A stretch of DNA of 64,000 nt from NCBI RefSeq assembly GCF_037042905.1, contig NW_026974140.1:17980001-18044000 (forward strand), written 5' to 3'. The position numbers and the translations under genes are program-made. How positions within the stretch are numbered: the first letter of the stretch is position 1; every line of letters starts with the position of its first letter. The notes under the pieces are model-generated. The model was not told the origin of the DNA and did not search any database. It worked only from the letters and a program-made list of their open reading frames with translations. This DNA is from Lytechinus pictus (lineage: Eukaryota). Shown here in pieces: positions 53,292-64,000 of the stretch.

Positions 53292-55739
53292 ATAATCTTT
53301 GTGCCTTTCATTAATTGTTGAAATTTTTACTTTTGGAACTGAGTACCTGGACCCCCCCCCCTACATAGCTTGATTGTTTATAAGACCATACGCTGATCAG
53401 TGAAAGTGCTATATACATCGTAGAGATAATATAATTCACACAAACACATCGCATGCATTAAAATGCTCAAATCTGAATATGTAGCACATATACCCTGTTC
53501 CAAACATTCATATTTGCAACCTTTTTTTTAAATATCATAAAAAGTAATAAACTATAACACAATTTGTAAAATATATACTGTACATGTTACACTGTATCAC
53601 CTTGTATTCCTATAAATGTTGAAGCTACTTTAGCAATGAAAATCCGCATCAAGGAATAACCGTATATTTATATCATTTAATCATCTTGAAGGATTTGCAT
53701 GAACGAGATACATGTACGTGTAGAAATATTGTAGTATCCATTTTGCAAATATTCTTCTATGCTTTGAGTATAATCATCTACAAATACATTTAAACAACAA
53801 ATATCCAGTTAAGCAGGTGTACAGAGCTTTTACAAGCTAGCTTAAATAATTCGGATTGTCCCTAATTCAAAAGAAATAGTTTCCAGCAGCAATGCATGGT
53901 GATAAATATAATTTCAAAATTAGAAGAAAAAAAAAACAGATTTACAGTATACCAGACACATTAATCAAGAAGACTTTGAAGTCTTATTAATAAACAAATA
54001 TTGAGAAAGCTTGATCATCTCTGTATACATAATTTGCTCTTTATCTGGTACCACTTTGATTTATACTGTATTTCAGATACTCGTAAATATATAAGTGTCC
54101 AGCACATGTTTGGCAGTTCAGATAGTTTGACCCCAAAGTGAAAGAATAATTCAAGTCAATTCAATTATAAAGGACTTAAAGTTTGCAAGCTTTATTGCAC
54201 ATAACTAATAAAAAATGTCGAAATATGATCCTATATTTTATAAACCAATAGTTTCATACAATCATATCAATTTTATATTTTAGGAGAGAATAATGGGAAA
54301 ATGAGCAGTAAGGGGCATGTAGGGGGGAATGAAAGGAGAGATTATAGTGTACATAACATTATATCATTTTGTACTTCTGAAATGACAGGATATGTTGAGA
54401 AAGATGAGTATGTTAGTATATATCACATTATATTACTTATACATATATTATCAGGGAAGGGGTGGGCATGTAATGTTATAGTGCACATCATATTACATTA
54501 TTGTTTCTGGGTATATAAATATATCTGTACCCTGATGAACCATATCAAGATTGATTTCATATATTCATACATAACATAATAAATTCATTTGTGTAGTATA
54601 TATATACTACATATTGACAGCATATTTGAGAGATCAAACTAGTATAATAGATTTCACCTCTCAGTAATATTCTCAAACTATTTTATTAATCTCTCTCTGT
54701 GTCATATTATCTCTAAAGAGCTCTTACAAGGTGGCTTAATATTCAAGGGTAAATTGTAATTCTACAAAAATATATTCTTGGACTTCAAAGTCTCAACTTT
54801 CAGACTCATCTGCTCAGTCTATTGTAAAGTCTATATTCAGCGAAAGCTTTTAACTTGCAGTCAAGGTATTCATTATTTGCAGCTTACATTTACATGGGTC
54901 TAGCTCCTATAAAGCTGCATTTATTTGACCCTGTTAGGCTGTTATTAATATTTCACCTTTAAAGCATTCTAAAAAATATATATATGTACCTTATATGATT
55001 GTGAAGTTAACTTTAATACTGATGCTTTATCTACCAGTGTTCCATTGGTAAGCTGAAAGTAAGTAATCCTTTATGCTGAATTATGGAGATCTTCCTTCCA
55101 TCTTTTTTTAGTTTGTTTTTCTATATTTTTTCCTCATTTTTTCTTTATTTTTCATAGCAGGAATTCTGCATTTTTCATGAATTTGGATGCATTCAAGAGT
55201 AGATCACAAAGTCTTATGTTGAAAACAAATATATATTGACAGAATGCAGAGGGGTGTTGAGTTCTGGTATAGCCTACACTATTTCCCGATCCTGCTGGTA
55301 CCATGGGGGTCCTATCCCCAATAATGATTGTCAAGTAGTGAAAAAATAAGAGGGGAAAATAAGATAAAAGGAATAAAAGAGAAGAAAAAAAATGGACTTG
55401 GGTGTCCTTGACATCCCAAAGGATCCTTAAAATCTTAAAATGCCAGACACCTTCCGTGCCCTAATAACAATATTTTAAATACAATTATGCCAATATCCAG
55501 TCAATAGACAGATTTGATCAACATCCCCCCCCCCCAAAAAAAAAAAAAATAATAATAATAATGATAAATAAATTCAGCAAACAACAAACATAACATTCTC
55601 TTGGCAGCACTTGTAGTTTAATATTCATTTTGTAGGTTTTTATTTTTAGATCCTTGGTTTTCATAAAGGGAGTGGTGTTTTACACCCATTATATTCCCAA
55701 TCGAATGCACCCCTTAAACTGAATGGTATGTTCCACACC

Positions 55740-63898
<8,159 letters not shown>

Positions 63899-64000
63899 CT
63901 ATCAACAATAAACATATATATAGTTATTGATTTATTATATAAAAATATTAGACATGTTATACTTCAATTGTAATAGACTATGATAAATCATCACTTCTAT

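Overview
This is AT-rich, intron-containing eukaryotic DNA, most likely from a sea urchin: H4 has Cys73, H3 reads KTELRF, and both histone genes carry the CAAGAAAGA U7 element. From left to right the window holds (1) the 5' half of a CR1/L2-group LINE on the minus strand (ORF1 plus the endonuclease part of ORF2); (2) an apparently intact ACSF2-like acyl-CoA synthetase on the minus strand (12 exons seen); (3) a complete five-coding-exon MAT2B gene on the minus strand, with a truncated LINE in its last intron; (4) a dense nest of MITEs and a SINE at 33-40 kb; (5) an inverted, 5'-truncated ACSF2-like pseudogene on the plus strand; and (6) the 3' end of an SLC6 transporter on the minus strand, whose last intron holds a divergent late-type H4/H3 histone pair. 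The most notable observations are the nested histone pair; TA-ended elements with 9-bp target-site duplications (TSDs) and hairpin tips that look like mobile bidirectional promoter plus splice-donor cassettes; patchwork gene conversion between the ACSF2 paralogs; tandem-repeat arrays in the same intron of both paralogs; a hAT MITE inserted upside-down into its own family member; and three-way covariation in Helentron/DINE-like elements carrying DR1 + M-box arrays. All coordinates and counts were read by eye and no database searches were run.
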